Shown: piece by piece, positions 13,540-28,112 of the stretch
Layout of the letters: each line of letters begins with the position of its first letter
Numbering within the stretch: the stretch's first letter is position 1
DNA from: Eledone cirrhosa
Lineage: Eukaryota
Reading direction: 5' to 3'
NCBI GenBank assembly: GCA_964016885.1
Contig: OZ024763.1
Span: 26,660,001-26,724,000, forward strand
Length of the DNA stretch: 64,000 nucleotides
Notes under the pieces: model-generated
What the model was told of the DNA's origin: nothing
The model's input: the letters and a program-made list of their open reading frames with translations, nothing else
Databases searched by the model: none
Translations under genes and position numbers: made by a program

Positions 13540-13689
13540 GTATCATCACCTCCCTCCTTTCTGTATCACCACCTCCCCCTATCTTTCTCCTACTCTTATT
13601 CTTCTCATATTGTCTGAGAGAGATTCTGTTTTACTTTTATCAACGTTTTGAATTTTTATCAGAATTGACGTGGAAAACAGCTTTTCAGT

Positions 13690-14392
13690 GATAGTGGTGG
13701 TGGTTGTGGTGGTAGAGGTAGTGATGGTGGTGGTAGTGTTGGTGGTAGTGGTGGTGTTGGTAGATGTAGTGATGGTGGTAGTGGTGGTGGTGGTGTTGGT
13801 GGTTGTGGTGGTAGAGGTAGTGTTGGTGGTACTGATGGTGGTGGTAGTGTTGGTGGTAGTGGAGGTGATGGTGTTGGTGGTAGAGGTAGTGTTGGTGGTA
13901 CTGATGGTGGTGGTAGTGTTGGTGGTAGTGATGGTGGTAGCGGAGGCGGTGGTGTTGGTGGTAGAGGTAGTGTTGGTGGTACTGATGGTGGTAGTGATGG
14001 TTGTGGAGGTGGTAGTGTTAGTGGTAGTGTTGGTAGTGGTGGTGGTGGTGTTGGAGGTTGTGGTGGTAGGGGTAGTGTTGTTGGTACTGATGGTGGTGGT
14101 AGTGTTGGTGGTAGTGATGGTTGTGGTGGTGGTAGTGGTGGTAGTAGTGTTGGTGGTGGTAGTATTGGTGGTAGTGATGGTAGCTGTGTTGGTGGTTGTG
14201 GTGGTGGTGGTAGTGTAGGTGGTACTGATAGTGGTGGTAGTGTTGGTGGTAGTGATGGTTGTGGTGGTGGTTGTGATGGTGGTAGTGTTGGTGGTGTTGG
14301 TGGTACTGATGGTGGTGGTAGTATTGGTGGTAGTGATGGTGGTTGTGGTGGTGGTAGTGTTGGTGGTAGTGATGGTGGTATTAGTGGTGGTT
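13690..14392. repeat. (GGT/GTA)n low-complexity tract
   Basis: Directly visible. Confidence 0.9.
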
Positions 14393-14454
14393 TACCATCA
14401 CTACCACCGATTGAACCCGGGACTCACATATATCTGTTCGCTCTTTATCTGAAC

Positions 14455-14490
14455 TTTCCTGAAGAAGGATTTCTGTCCGAAACGTTGAAA
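14455..14490 (+). ncRNA. Minimal type I hammerhead ribozyme motif
   Basis: tttc-CTGAAGA-A-GGA tttctg TCC-GAAA-CG-TT-gaaa. The palindromic AACGTT helix III is typical of PLE hammerheads. Confidence 0.75.
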
Positions 14491-14565
14491 CTTCAACTTC
14501 CTCCAAGCGTGAACCTAATATAACTGTTTAATTATGCCTCCTGTGTTTTGTTTCATTTATTAACT

Positions 14566-14619
<54 letters not shown>

Positions 14620-14622
<3 letters not shown>

Positions 14623-14742
14623 AGATCAAAAGATGGTTAAAGGAGTTCAATATATTTTATTATGCGCATTTCAAAAACAAACATCATCAAACAATAATAT
14701 TTGTGTTTTCATCAGATAAAACAGGAGAACATGATATGAAGG

Positions 14743-14773
<31 letters not shown>

Positions 14774-16345
14774 CACTTGTTGATAGTGCAGTTTTAAATC
14801 AACATATGAAAAGTGGTTTTAGATTGATGTGTGATATTGGGAAAAATATTTTATTTAGAGAGGGGGGGAGAGAAAAGGATGAAAAGGGAAGGAGATGAGA
14901 GGGAGAGATGGGTGATAGAGAGAAAGAGATAGTTTTTATAACTGAGAGGAGATATATTTTATATAGAGGGGTTGAAAACCGTTGGAAGATACTGTATAAA
15001 TTAAAAATTTTGAAAATTAACGAAGGGAGGATATGTGCGAGGAAAAAATATATTATATTTAGGGAGGGGGGGGGGTGGAAAGGATGAAAAAAAGGGGAGG
15101 AGATGAGAGTGAAGGTGGAAAGGGAGAGATGGGTGATAGAGAGAAAGAGATAGTTTTTATAACTGAGAAAAAGATATAATGTTTTAATATAGAGAGGTTG
15201 GGAACCGTTGGAAGATAATGTATAAATTAAAGGAATTTGAAAATTAACGAAGGGAAATTATGTATGGAGATAGAGAGAAAAAAAAAAATAATAATTGTGG
15301 GTGAATATTCTAACGTCAAAAGAAGAAATGTAGGAATTTTAAAATTAGCAAAGAGAAAAAGTTTATGTGTAGAAGGATTTGAGAAAAATAATGTGAAGTT
15401 AAAGTTTGTATATTGAATTCATATGTATTAATAATGAGTTCGTTGATGGGGAGAAAAAAATAATAATAAATTAAGGATGAAATTGAGATTAAAAAGATTT
15501 ATGATAGAGAGAAAAAATAATAATGATTGCGGATGAATACTCAAAATGTCAAAAACAAATGTTATTGTTTTACGAGGAGATAGAATGAGGGTGATGAGTA
15601 AACGAGTATTATAGAGTGTATAATGCCCTTTAAAGTAAGGTAGATGGGTATATTTTAAAGAATATATGAGTATATATTAAAAAAATATATAATAATAAAT
15701 TAAGGATGAAATTGAGATTAAAAAGATTTATGATAGAGGGAAAAAATAATAATGATTGCGGATGAATATTCAAAATGTCAAAAACAAATGTTATTGTTTT
15801 ACGAGAAGATAGGATGAGGGTAATGAGTAAACGAGTATTATAGAGTGTATAATGCCCTTTAAAGTAAGGTAGATGGGTATATATTAAAAGAGGTGTATGT
15901 ATATGTGCCTTTGAGAAAAGATTCTAAATTGATAAAGAATTGAATATTAACTGTATACTTTGTGAAAAGTTCTATGGAATTTATGCAGGCAGATGGAAAA
16001 CAAATCCGAGCGTCTATTTATTATGGATTCTAGGTTAGAGATAATGGTAAATTTTTCATTTAGGCAGAGATTACAGATTTTAGATAGAGAGCTGTTCAAG
16101 TACGAGGATGCAGAAGAAATCTTTTTCCAAAAGATGTTATATTTAATGTTTTTGTCTTTTAAGGACCATATGAGTTCTGAGAGAGCAGTGTTAGTTCTTT
16201 TAAGTTTGTATTTGAAAGATGAATGATGATTATAGAGACGAGCTTTAAAAGAGGTGGAAGTGGAGCCAAAATAGGTGAAGGAATTGGTGCTAGTTATAAT
16301 TTTACATTCATAAATTAAGTTTTTATCTTTTGATCTTATATTATG
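14620..16345 (-). mobile_element. 5'-truncated Penelope-like retroelement (endonuclease domain, ~1.3-kb 3' UTR, hammerhead)
   Basis: GIY-YIG ORF remnant, then a pyrimidine-rich UTR with two internal duplications, then a same-strand hammerhead, ending at (TA)n. Confidence 0.8.
14653..14723 (-). ncRNA. Type I hammerhead ribozyme in the PLE 3' end
   Basis: tgttttat-CTGATGA-aaacacaaatattatt gttt gatgatgtttgttttt-GAAA-TGCGCA-TA-ataaaata. Helices I and III pair fully and helix II is long. Confidence 0.85.
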
Positions 16346-16363
16346 CATACTCCAGTCCCACAA
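15947..16363 (-). pseudogene. PLE GIY-YIG endonuclease C-terminal fragment (Naiad-like C-x2-C...C-x-H signature)
   Basis: NLIYECKI...TYFGSTSTSFKARLYNHHSSF...TALSELIWSLK...CNLCLNEKFTII...INRRSDLFSICLH. No RT domain upstream. Confidence 0.85.
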
Positions 16364-16427
16364 ACTGTAGAGTGCTTCTTATCCGATATCTGCATTGCTT
16401 TATTGTACTACAATAAAACTCACCTCC

Positions 16428-16482
<55 letters not shown>

Positions 16483-16491
16483 ATATTTATA

Positions 16492-16524
<33 letters not shown>

Positions 16525-16541
16525 ATATATATATATGAATG

Positions 16542-16762
16542 TGGAAGGTGTGTGGCTGAGTGGTTAGAGAATTGGATTCACAATCTTGAGGTTGTGAGTT
16601 CGATTCCTGGACCGGGCGATGCGTTATGTCCTTGAGCAAGACACTTTATTTCACGTTGCTCCTTCTATCTGGATTTGCGAACGATAGATAGTATTAGCAA
16701 TTGGAAAGACCAACGGAAACATTGTTTTCTAGGTCCGATTTGACGAAAATCGATCGATCCAA
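16542..16762 (+). mobile_element. tRNA/CORE-like SINE
   Basis: A-box TGGCTGAGTGG, B-box GAGTTCGATTCC, and TCCTTGAGCAAGACACTT. Near-full-length reverse-complement match to 37417-37638. Confidence 0.85.
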
Positions 16763-16769
16763 AAAAATA

Positions 16770-17320
16770 TATGAATGTATGTATAGTACATTTGGCAATA
16801 TTTAATTTAAAAACATTTAGAAGACCATTCGCTATCAGTTTATAGTAGTGACTATGTCACTTGTTTTAGTTTTTTAATTAAACATTTAGAATGTTTTTTA
16901 ATTAAACATACGGTATATTGCCAAATATACTATACATACATTCATGTATACATCGCTATTTCAGAGCACCCATACTAATACATATTTTTTGCTGGACCGG
17001 CAATCACTCTGTATAATCAGCTCCTGATTATTACTGGAATTCTATAAGAATCCAGCTTCTATAATTTTCGGCAAAGGCAGGGGAGTGCGTGGTTTTGATA
17101 AACGCCAAACAGCGAGAAACAGACTGTCAGCCACTCTCCCAGCCTTTGCCGAAAATAAGTAAGTGACATAGTCACTACTTTAAAACTGATAGCGAATGGT
17201 CTTCTAAATGTTTTTAATTATACTATACATACATTCATATACTATACATACATATACTATACATATACTATACATACATTCATGTATACATCGCTATTTC
17301 AGAGCACCAATACTAATACC
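16770..17320. repeat. Nested inverted-repeat element related to 54990-55308
   Basis: AAACATTTAGAAGACCATTCGCTATCAGTTT..AGTGACTATGTCACTT (~16810-16862) is inverted at ~17160-17215. A GC hairpin spans 17065-17155. Confidence 0.65.
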
Positions 17321-17341
17321 TATATATATATATATATATAT

Positions 17342-17510
17342 GTTTATCCCGGGTTCAATCGGGGGTAAACACAGTAAGTAAGGTACTCAATACGTAGCAG
17401 AGTGTAAATATTTAATATAGAAATGGCTTCTACAGGACTAGAACTGTTTCATTCGTGAGAAATCATCAGGAAGCCGACTGTCAATGTAATATGGTGGTAT
17501 TTATACATTT
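17342..17510 (-). mobile_element. Short hammerhead element, family E
   Basis: Hammerhead plus an ~85-nt tail ending GATTGAACCCGGGATAAAC(TA)n. Homologues lie at 18745-18855, 31302-31452 and ~14405-14430. Confidence 0.75.
17425..17475 (-). ncRNA. Type I hammerhead ribozyme motif
   Basis: ggcttc-CTGATGA-tttc tcac gaat-GAAA-CAG ttctagtc CTG-TA-gaagcc. Confidence 0.8.
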
Positions 17511-17635
17511 TCTGGTGGTAGGAGAGGGTGGAGGTCATATATACATATGTATATATATATACGTACATATGTATATATATATATATACACACACACACAT
17601 ATATATATATATACACACACACATACCCATCCCTC

Positions 17636-17712
<77 letters not shown>

Positions 17713-17866
17713 TAGATGGACTGGCAGACAGACATCTTACATGACAGATCTTACATGACACTACCTTGGTCTATGTCACCTTGTTATGTCTGTCCAAACA
17801 TCTCAAAAGAACTTCTTGAACAAAGACGACATCTGTCAGTCTTGCTTACTTTGTTGAGCGTTTGTT

Positions 17867-17919
<53 letters not shown>

Positions 17920-18086
17920 ATGGTGGTGGTAGTAGTGGTGGCGGTAGTAGTAGTAGTAGTGCTAATAGTGGTAGTGGTAGTGGTAGTGCTAGTGGTGATA
18001 GTAGTAGTGCTGGTAGTAGTAGTGCTAGTGGTGGTGGTAGTAGTGGTAGTGCTAGTGGTGGCAAGTAGTAGTGGTAGTGGTGGTGA

Positions 18087-18139
<53 letters not shown>

Positions 18140-18221
18140 ATAGTAGTTGCTGTGGTGGTGGTTTAAAATGGCTGAGATCCTTGCAAAATGTTTACGTCCA
18201 ATCCAAGACGTGCCAAATATG

Positions 18222-18256
<35 letters not shown>

Positions 18257-18319
18257 TTGTATATATGTGTGTGTGTGTGTGTGTGTTTGTATATATATAT
18301 GTGTGTGTGTGTGTTTGTT

Positions 18320-18377
<58 letters not shown>

Positions 18378-18663
18378 TGTGTATGTATATATATATATAT
18401 ATGATGATGATGATGATGATGATGGCTGCAACTTGATTTCCACAAATGCCATTGATTGATACTTAAGCATGAGCATCAAGGACGTGGCCCTTTAGTCCAG
18501 GTAGGGACTTGCCTATGGCCAGCCATGTCATGCATCGCAAAAAATGTCATATATCAAGCGATGCCTCTGCTTGAAGCTTTTGTAAGTAATGAAAGACTTT
18601 GTACGGAGCCAACCCCTCTCTCTGAACATTGAATGCATTTACCCGAAAAGTAGAACTGGATGC

Positions 18664-18744
<81 letters not shown>

Positions 18745-18747
<3 letters not shown>

Positions 18748-18855
18748 TGAGATTCTAGTCCTGTAGAATCTCATCTATATTAAAACTTTTATACTCTGCT
18801 ATGTATTGAGTACCTTACGTACTGTGGTTACCTCCGTTCAACCCGGAATAACTTA
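18745..18855 (+). mobile_element. Family E 3' fragment
   Basis: TTCTAGTCCTGTAGAA...GTATTGAGTACCTTAC...TTCAACCCGG. Confidence 0.7.
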
Positions 18856-18869
18856 CCTATATATATATA

Positions 18870-19005
18870 GTACAGAATTAGCCGTCGAAACGGCTTGAGC
18901 TCAGCCGTCGGGGTCTTACTTGTTCCTATTACCCACTCTACTACCCTAAGTATTGAGTACTTTCGTGCGTTATGGTCCACCTGGTTCCTTACCACATTTC
19001 CTTCG

Positions 19006-19010
<5 letters not shown>
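18870..19010 (+). mobile_element. Family C short element in (TA)n
   Basis: GCCGTCGAAACGGCTTGAGCTC...ACCACATTTCCTTCGTTA. Six copies in the window. Confidence 0.8.
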
Positions 19011-19068
<58 letters not shown>

Positions 19069-19305
19069 ATATATATACATATATATATATAGATGTTTCT
19101 TTCTTTATATATATACATATTTATAGATAGATATTTATGTATGTGGAAGAGATATACAGTATATTATTGTGTATATATTCGTTGTAAAAGATTCAAATGT
19201 CTATAATATATGCATACATACACACACACATATATATATATACATATATATAATATATGAATATATATATATATATGTTTGTATATATATATGTGTGTGT
19301 GTATA

Positions 19306-19389
<84 letters not shown>

Positions 19390-19767
19390 TACACGTTCAT
19401 GTGCGTATACCTGTATACATCTATATATCTATATATTATTTCTCTCTCTCTTTCTCTCTGTCTCTCTCTATATATATATATATATCCGTGTGCGTGTGAG
19501 GGAAAGAGAGGGGGGATAGATAGATATATAGAGAGGGTGGAGAGAGAAAGAGAGGAGAGGGAGAGGAGAGAGAGGATAGAGAGAGGTTGGCAGATTAGTT
19601 GTGATGTAAGGATGAAAACAACACAGAAAAAAACCAATAAGTTGAAACTAAAAATAAAATAAAACTGCTAAGAACAAAACAAAACAAAAAGTAAAAGTCG
19701 GTGATGAAAGAGAGGAGAGATGAAAGGTAGACGAAACAGGCAGACGAGAAAGAAGAAGATAAAGAAA

Positions 19768-19798
<31 letters not shown>

Positions 19799-19964
19799 AA
19801 TCTTCTCTGGTCCGTTGATTACATAACACGGCAGGCGTTTGATGTATGACGTCATTGCACCGCAGCCATTTTGTTTGTAGCACAAGATTGTTGTTGTGTG
19901 AGGAGGGGGGTGTTGAATGACAAATAGAACAGCCTTGAAATGGCTACGTTATATATATGTGTGT

Positions 19965-20165
19965 GTGTGTGTATATGTGTGTATAGATATATATGTATGT
20001 GTATATACATAATATGTGTGTATAGATATATATGTATGTGTATATACATAATATGTGTGTATAGATATATATGTATGTGTATATACATAATATGTGTGTA
20101 TAGATATATATGTATGTGTATATACATAATATGTGTGTATAGATATATATGTATGTGTATATACA
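19965..20165. repeat. 36-bp TA/TG minisatellite, about five copies
   Basis: Repeated ATATGTGTGTATAGATATATATGTATGTGTATATACATA-like unit. Confidence 0.85.
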
Positions 20166-20325
20166 TATATATGTATATATACATTATAAATATATGTATG
20201 TATATATATACATTATAAATATATGTATGTATATATACATATATAATATGTAGATACGTAGATACATATATGTATATATATATATATATATTCTTTGCTT
20301 AAACTTTAATCTGTTATTTTAATAA

Positions 20326-20396
<71 letters not shown>

Positions 20397-20807
20397 TGTA
20401 TGTATATATATATATGTATATACATGTATAGAAATGTGCAAATATGTATATATATATGTGTGTGTATGTATGCATATTATATAAATAAAATTGTATATAT
20501 ATATTTATTATATATTTTAAGGGAAGTATGTAAATTTTTGTTATAAAGAAAATTATAAAAGGAATGAAAAATCTAGGCTACCAGCAAAGTGGAATAACGA
20601 GGAGGGGGGAGGGTGTGTGAGAGAGGAGGAGGGGTTAGGAGAGAGGAGAAGAGGGGGGGGAGAAGGATTAAACAGAGTCGCCGGGCGGGATTGAATCTAG
20701 GTCCTCTATTTTACACGCCTCAAGGACGACATAACGTTTGTTTCATATAAAAAATAATAAAATGAAATAAACCAAAAACGAAAGCCACAACAAAAAGGAA
20801 CGAAACG

Positions 20808-20853
<46 letters not shown>

Positions 20854-21099
20854 TTTCATAATAATAATAATAAAAATAGATATAAAACTAATAATAAATG
20901 AATATATAAATAAGTAAATAAATGAATATATAAGCAGGCAGTTTTTGAAAATAAATTGGCTTTATATAAACAAATATAGAACTATATTTGGTTTCGTATG
21001 TGGAGGTTGTGAAAGATGAAAGAACGCCATTGAAATATGAATGACGAAGAAACACCACCACCACCACCAACAACAACAACAATAATAATGATAATAATG

Positions 21100-21935
21100 A
21101 TTTCATTTATTAGCCACAAGGGCCAACATGTAGGGGACAATACAAAGACAGGGACAGTGGGGGTTTACAATAAGGTCGAGTAAAAGTGCACAATGGCAAG
21201 ACTAATTTAACAATGAAGATGTAAGAATATAAAATAAACTATGCATAAATGTAACAAAATAAATTCCCCGATAGGGGGTGGACGACCCTGGGGTGATTCG
21301 GGTACCCCACCAATCCTGAACCACCCTGCGCTTCTAGGGCACCCAAGAGAGCACCCATCTCCTCAAGTTAGCCAGCCTATAGGCGCATGGTCAGAGTAGG
21401 CCCATTCTCACGAGCCATTCTCGCCACATTCACCCACCTTTTAGCAAATGTACTGGGGGGCAGCACTTCTCTCTCCACCCTCACCCTCCTTTCCAGGTGA
21501 AACTTGAAGAAGTTGATGAGGGATTGGCCGAAGAGAAAAGTGTCTGTCTTTAGTCCTTTCAACCTGGTCCACCATATAATCTCTTTCGCAACTGCCACCA
21601 GACAGAGGAAAATGTCCTGCTCTTCCTGACCTAAGGAAGGTGGCGGCTCGATCTTCACTATGGACTCGGCCGATAGCCGGATTCGTTCCACATGCGACAG
21701 TAGCTGTTCGACATAACTCCACAAGTCAGTAATGCACGGACATTGGACAAGTGCGTGCAGAACGGTTTCGTCGTTCTGTGCGCATCTTGGGCAGGTCCGT
21801 CTGACAGCACTTCCGTGCCTGTAGAGTTTATCCCGAACCGGCAGTGCCCCCCGGTAGCACTGCCAAGCGAGGGATTTCTGGAAATTGTCCATCGTCCCCG
21901 GCTCAAAAGTCCTCCGGTACAGACTGGTCAGTTCG
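21100..21935 (-). mobile_element. 5'-truncated L1/Tx1-clade LINE (ORF2 C-terminus plus 3' UTR)
   Basis: zf-RVT-like ORF, then a UTR ending GGCTAATAAATGAAATC. Embedded in (AAT/AAC)n. Confidence 0.85.
21377..21935 (-). pseudogene. LINE ORF2 C-terminal CCHC zinc finger (zf-RVT) fragment
   Basis: SLAWQCYRGALPVRDKLYRHG..RTCPRCAQNDETVLHALVQCP..LW. Confidence 0.85.
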
Positions 21936-22159
21936 ACTAATAATAACAACAACAATAATGATAATAATGATTTCTTTATTGGCCACGAGGGCTGACATCA
22001 AGAAAAACATTACAGACGGCACAGGACGGTACGGTGTGGGTTTTGTGCGTGTAAAGATTTTTATTATTTATATAAGAAAAGAAGAAAAAAAAAACATAGA
22101 AACATATATATATATATATAAACAATAATGATAATAATGATAACAACAATAATAACAAT

Positions 22160-22700
22160 AATGGTTTCTGATTTAGGCACAAGGCCAGCAATTTGAAGGA
22201 GAGGGGTGGGTGGGTTTGTTAAATCGACTCCAGTCCATTACTGGTACTTTATTTATCGACCCCATAAGGATTGATAATAATTGTTTCTACTTTTGGCACA
22301 AAGCCAGCAATTACCCAGTACATTACTGGTACTTTATTTTATCGACCCCGTAAGGATGAAAGGCAAAGTTGACCTCGGCGGGATTTGAACTCAGCCTGTA
22401 AAGGGCCGTAACTCTATGCGTCAAAGCATGACGTCCGACCCTTTACCGATACTGCCAATTCACCGCCCATAAGGATTGATAATGATTTCTAGTAAAGGCA
22501 CAAGGCCAGTAATTTGGGGGTAAGGGAAAGTCGATTAAATCGACCCTAGTGTATTACTGGTACTTTATTTTATCGTCCCCATAAGGATGAAAGGCAAAGT
22601 TCACCTCGGCGGGATTTGAACTCAGAACGTAAAGGGTCATAATTCTATGCTGCGACACATGGCGCCGACCACCTACCGATTACCGCCAATCCACCACCCT
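22160..22700 (-). mobile_element. Cluster of three co-oriented family A SINEs
   Basis: The middle full-length copy is flanked by the direct repeat CCCATAAGGATTGATAAT (22261 and 22466). Confidence 0.85.
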
Positions 22701-23016
22701 TACATTAATAATAATATTAACAACAATAACAGCAACAACAACAACAACAGTAATAATGCTAATAATAGTTTTATTAACCACAAAGGGTTTACATCAAGGA
22801 AAACATTAAGACAGTACAGGACGAAAACATAAAGTGTGCGTGTGTGTGTGTGTGTGTGTGTTAACAACAACAACAATAATAACAGCAACAAAAACAACAA
22901 TAATAACAACAATAATAATGTTAAAATTTCACAATGGACATTATTGTTTGAATGGGAGAGTAATGTCTTTATTTTCATTGTGGAGGTTTGTTTGTTTGTT
23001 TGTTTTGTTTGTTTGT

Positions 23017-23076
<60 letters not shown>

Positions 23077-23382
23077 TTGCTGTTGCTGCTGCTGCTATTG
23101 TTACTGTGGTTGTGGTTGTTGTTGTTACTGTTGTTGTTGTTACTGTTGTTGTTACTGTTGTTGTTGTTACTGTTATTGTTAAGAGTGAAAGAGCTTTTTA
23201 GGGGGGGGGGGGCTTCCGTTTTTGTCCCCATTAATCATAATTATAAATATAGTAACTGGTCTTTTTTTGAATTAAATTTGTCCAACCAACACCACCGCCT
23301 CTCTCTCTCTTTCTTTCTCTCTCGTCCCCCCCTCTCTCTCTATCTTACATCATTTCTCTCTCTATCTCGCTCCCTTACATTA

Positions 23383-23449
<67 letters not shown>

Positions 23450-23829
23450 AATTTGTTCAGTCCGTTTCCCATTGTGTGTATATGTGTGTATTTCACCCAC
23501 TTTTCTCTCTATCTCTATATCTGTTTCTCTCTTTCCTATTGTATATATGTGTGTATCCCTCTCTCTCTCTCTCTCTCTCTCACTCTTTTCCATTGTATGT
23601 ATGTTGTGTGTGTATCTCTCCCACTTCTCTATCCATGTCTCTCTATCCATCTCTATCTATCTTGTCTCTCATTTTCTCTCTCTCTTTCTCTCCCCTTTTC
23701 TCCTCTCTAAACGTGAATCACTCACGATTCTAAAGGATTAAACAGAGTCACCGGGCAGGATTGAAACTGGGCCCTCTATTTTACATCTTGCTAACTGTTT
23801 ACCCAATTTCACTCATAAGGCAAGGGTCG

Positions 23830-24805
<976 letters not shown>

Positions 24806-25149
24806 TTATAAAGCGGTTGATATTAAACAATTTACGTCTGGTGAACTTTAGTATCACCCCGTTCGACAAAGTTAATTGAATATAAATCGTTGCCAAAGTC
24901 ACCGATTCCCGAATATTCGTCATTTAATTCACATCTCTCTTTCAACTTATTCTTTTCCACCCAAACTTCCAAAATACTATTTACCATTTTGTAGGGTCGG
25001 TTGATTTGTGGGGACTAGGAAAGTGGTGGTGGTGGTGGGGTTTGAACCAAATAGAAAGGCCTTATTTATTTTTTGTTTTTATGAAAAGAGGGTTGAACCA
25101 AATGGAAAGGCCTTTCCTTTTGTGGTGGTGGTGGGGGGGGGGGGGGGGG

Positions 25150-26125
25150 GTTTAAAGGTCACACAATTTAGGGGGTGAGTGAAACAGGAAGTAGAGTATA
25201 GATTAAATAAAATTCTCCTTGAATAATTGAGTAATACCGTATTTGGATCAAGTAAGAAGCGATGTACTTAGTGAATGTTAGAAGGGGGGGGGGGGGCTGA
25301 ACTAACTCGGAAGGCTTTTTTTGTGTGTGTTAAAGGTCACACAATTTAGGGGGTGAGCTAAACAGGAAATAGATTATAGATTAAATAGATTTCTCCCTGA
25401 ATAATTGAGTAATATTGTATTTGGAATCAAGTAAGGAGCGATGTACATATTGAATGTTGGAAAAGGGGAGCTGAACCAACTAGAGAGACCCTTTTTTCTT
25501 TTGTTTAAAGTGACACAATTTAGGGGTTAACAAGAATTAGACTATAAATTAAATAACATTTTCCTTCAATAGTTGACTAATATTGTATTTGGAATCACAT
25601 AAGGAGCGATGTACATATTGAATGTTGGAAAAGGGGAGCTGAACCAACTAGAGAGGCCCTTTTTTCTTTTGTTTAAAGTGACACAATTTAGGGGTTAAAC
25701 AAGAATTAGACTATAAATTAAATAACATTTTCCTTCAATAGTTGACTAATATTGTATTTGGAATCACATAAGGAGCGATGTACATATTGAATGTTGGAAA
25801 AGGGGAGCTGAACCAACTAGAGAGGCCCTTTTTTCTTTTGTTTAAAGTGACACAATTTAGGGGTTAAACAAGAATTAGACTATAAATTAAATAACATTTT
25901 CCTTCAATAGTTGACTAATATTGTATTTGGAATCACATAAGGAGCGATGTACATATTGAATGTTGGAAAAGGGGAGCTGAACCAACTAGAGAGACCCTTT
26001 TTTCTTTTGTTTAAAGTGACACAATTTAGGGGTTAAACAAGAATTAGACTATAAATTAAATAACATTTTCCTTCAATAGTTGACTAATATTGTATTTGGA
26101 ATCACATAAGGAGTGATGTACATAG
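25150..26125. repeat. ~169-bp tandem repeat, 5-6 copies
   Basis: GGAATCA anchor at 25423, 25591, 25760, 25929 and 26098. Confidence 0.9.
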
Positions 26126-26371
26126 TGAGTGGTGTGCCCTAAAGAATTGTCAATGATCTCGTTATTGTCCCTATCACTTCCACCACCACCACCACCACCA
26201 TCACAATCAAAATTTCTTAGGGTTGGCTGATTTGTGGGTCTAGGAGGGTGGGCTGATCCAACTAGAAAGGCCTTCATTTTTGGCAGCTATTGTGTCCTGA
26301 GTTCAAATCCTGCTCTGGTTTATTTAGATGGTTGACATAATCCACGCCACACGACCGCTATCATTCTACGT

Positions 26372-26808
26372 GACTACCACCACCATCACCATCATCACAA
26401 ATATCACCACCACCACCGCCGCCATCTTTCCCACCATCATCATCATCACCACTACCATTCCCACTATTACCACCACCATCACCACCACAAGCACCATCAT
26501 TATCATCACCACCTTTACCACCACCATCATCATTATCATCACTACCACTACTAACACCGCCACCATCAGCATAACCACCACTACCACCACCACCACCACC
26601 ACTACCACCACCACCACCACCACCATTCCCACTATTACCCCCCACCATCACCACCACCATCATCATCATCATCACCTCTACCATCACCACCACCACCACC
26701 ACCACCACCACCATCATCATTATCATCACCACCACTACTACCACCACCACCACCACCACCACCATCATCATTATCATCACCACCACTACTACCACCACCA
26801 CCACTACC

Positions 26809-26842
<34 letters not shown>

Positions 26843-26928
26843 TCACCACCACTACCACCACCACCACCACCACCATCATCATTATCATCACCACCACTAC
26901 CACCACCACCACCACCACCACCACCACC

Positions 26929-26960
<32 letters not shown>

Positions 26961-26989
26961 TATCATCACCACCACTACTACCACCACCA

Positions 26990-27028
<39 letters not shown>

Positions 27029-27109
27029 TTATCATCACCACCACTACCACCACCACCACCACCACCATCATCATCATCATTATCATCACCACCACTACTA
27101 CCACCACCA

Positions 27110-27148
<39 letters not shown>

Positions 27149-27210
27149 TTATCATCACCACCACCACTACCATCACCACCACCATCAGCAACACCACCAC
27201 TACCACTACA
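26372..27210. repeat. (CAC/CAT)n tract
   Basis: Directly visible. Confidence 0.9.
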
Positions 27211-27942
27211 AACACCGTAACGTCACCACACAACCAGCTTGATGAGTAAAGTGGTTTGGTGAAAGACAGAACCACCTGAGGCAGAAGGTGATGGCGGCGT
27301 CCCTACTTAATAAAACTCATTAAAACATCAGCTCTAATTATCAATTTGTCTTCAATCCGCCTCTCTCTCCCCTCTCTCCCCCTCTTCTCTCTCTCTCTCT
27401 CTGCCTTTCCTCAGCCTCTCCTCTCCCTCTTCCCTCTCTCTCTTTCTCTCCCTCATCTCCTCTCTCTCTCTCTCTCTTGAAATTAAATGATTCTCATAAA
27501 TCTAATAACTACCGAGACATCATCAGAATTACCACCTCCACCACTACCATCACTACGACGACGGCCGACCACCACCACCACCACCACCACCATCATCACC
27601 ACCATCACTATCATCACCACCATCACTATCATCACCACCATCACTATCATCACCACCAACACAGCATCACTACCATCGCCAACATCCCCACTCAACTATT
27701 ACCACCACCACCATCACCACTACCTACACCACTATTACCATCATCATCATCATCATCATTACCATCACGACGACGACGACGGCGGCATTCACCACCTTCA
27801 TTATCACCATCACCACCAACAACACAACAATACCACTGACACTACCATTATCACTATCACTACCACCACCAACACCACCATCATCACCAACAGTACACCC
27901 CCCCACCACCACTACCACCACACACACACACACGACCACCAT

Positions 27943-28112
27943 CAGAGGGTTGGACGCCATGCTTTGCAGCAAAGAGTTACGGCCCTTTATGGTCTGAGTT
28001 CAAATCCCGCCGAGGTTAACTTTGCCTTTCATCCTTACGGGGGTCGATGAAATAAAGTACCAGTAATACACTGGGATAATTGCTGGCCTTGTGCCAAAAG
28101 TAGAAACAATTA
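27943..28112 (+). mobile_element. Family A SINE
   Basis: B-box GAGTTCAAATCC, Nin-like core and tail. Confidence 0.85.

Noticed and set aside
16542-16615. tRNA gene
   Set aside because: The A/B boxes continue into SINE body and tail sequence, and no acceptor stem or terminator is evident.
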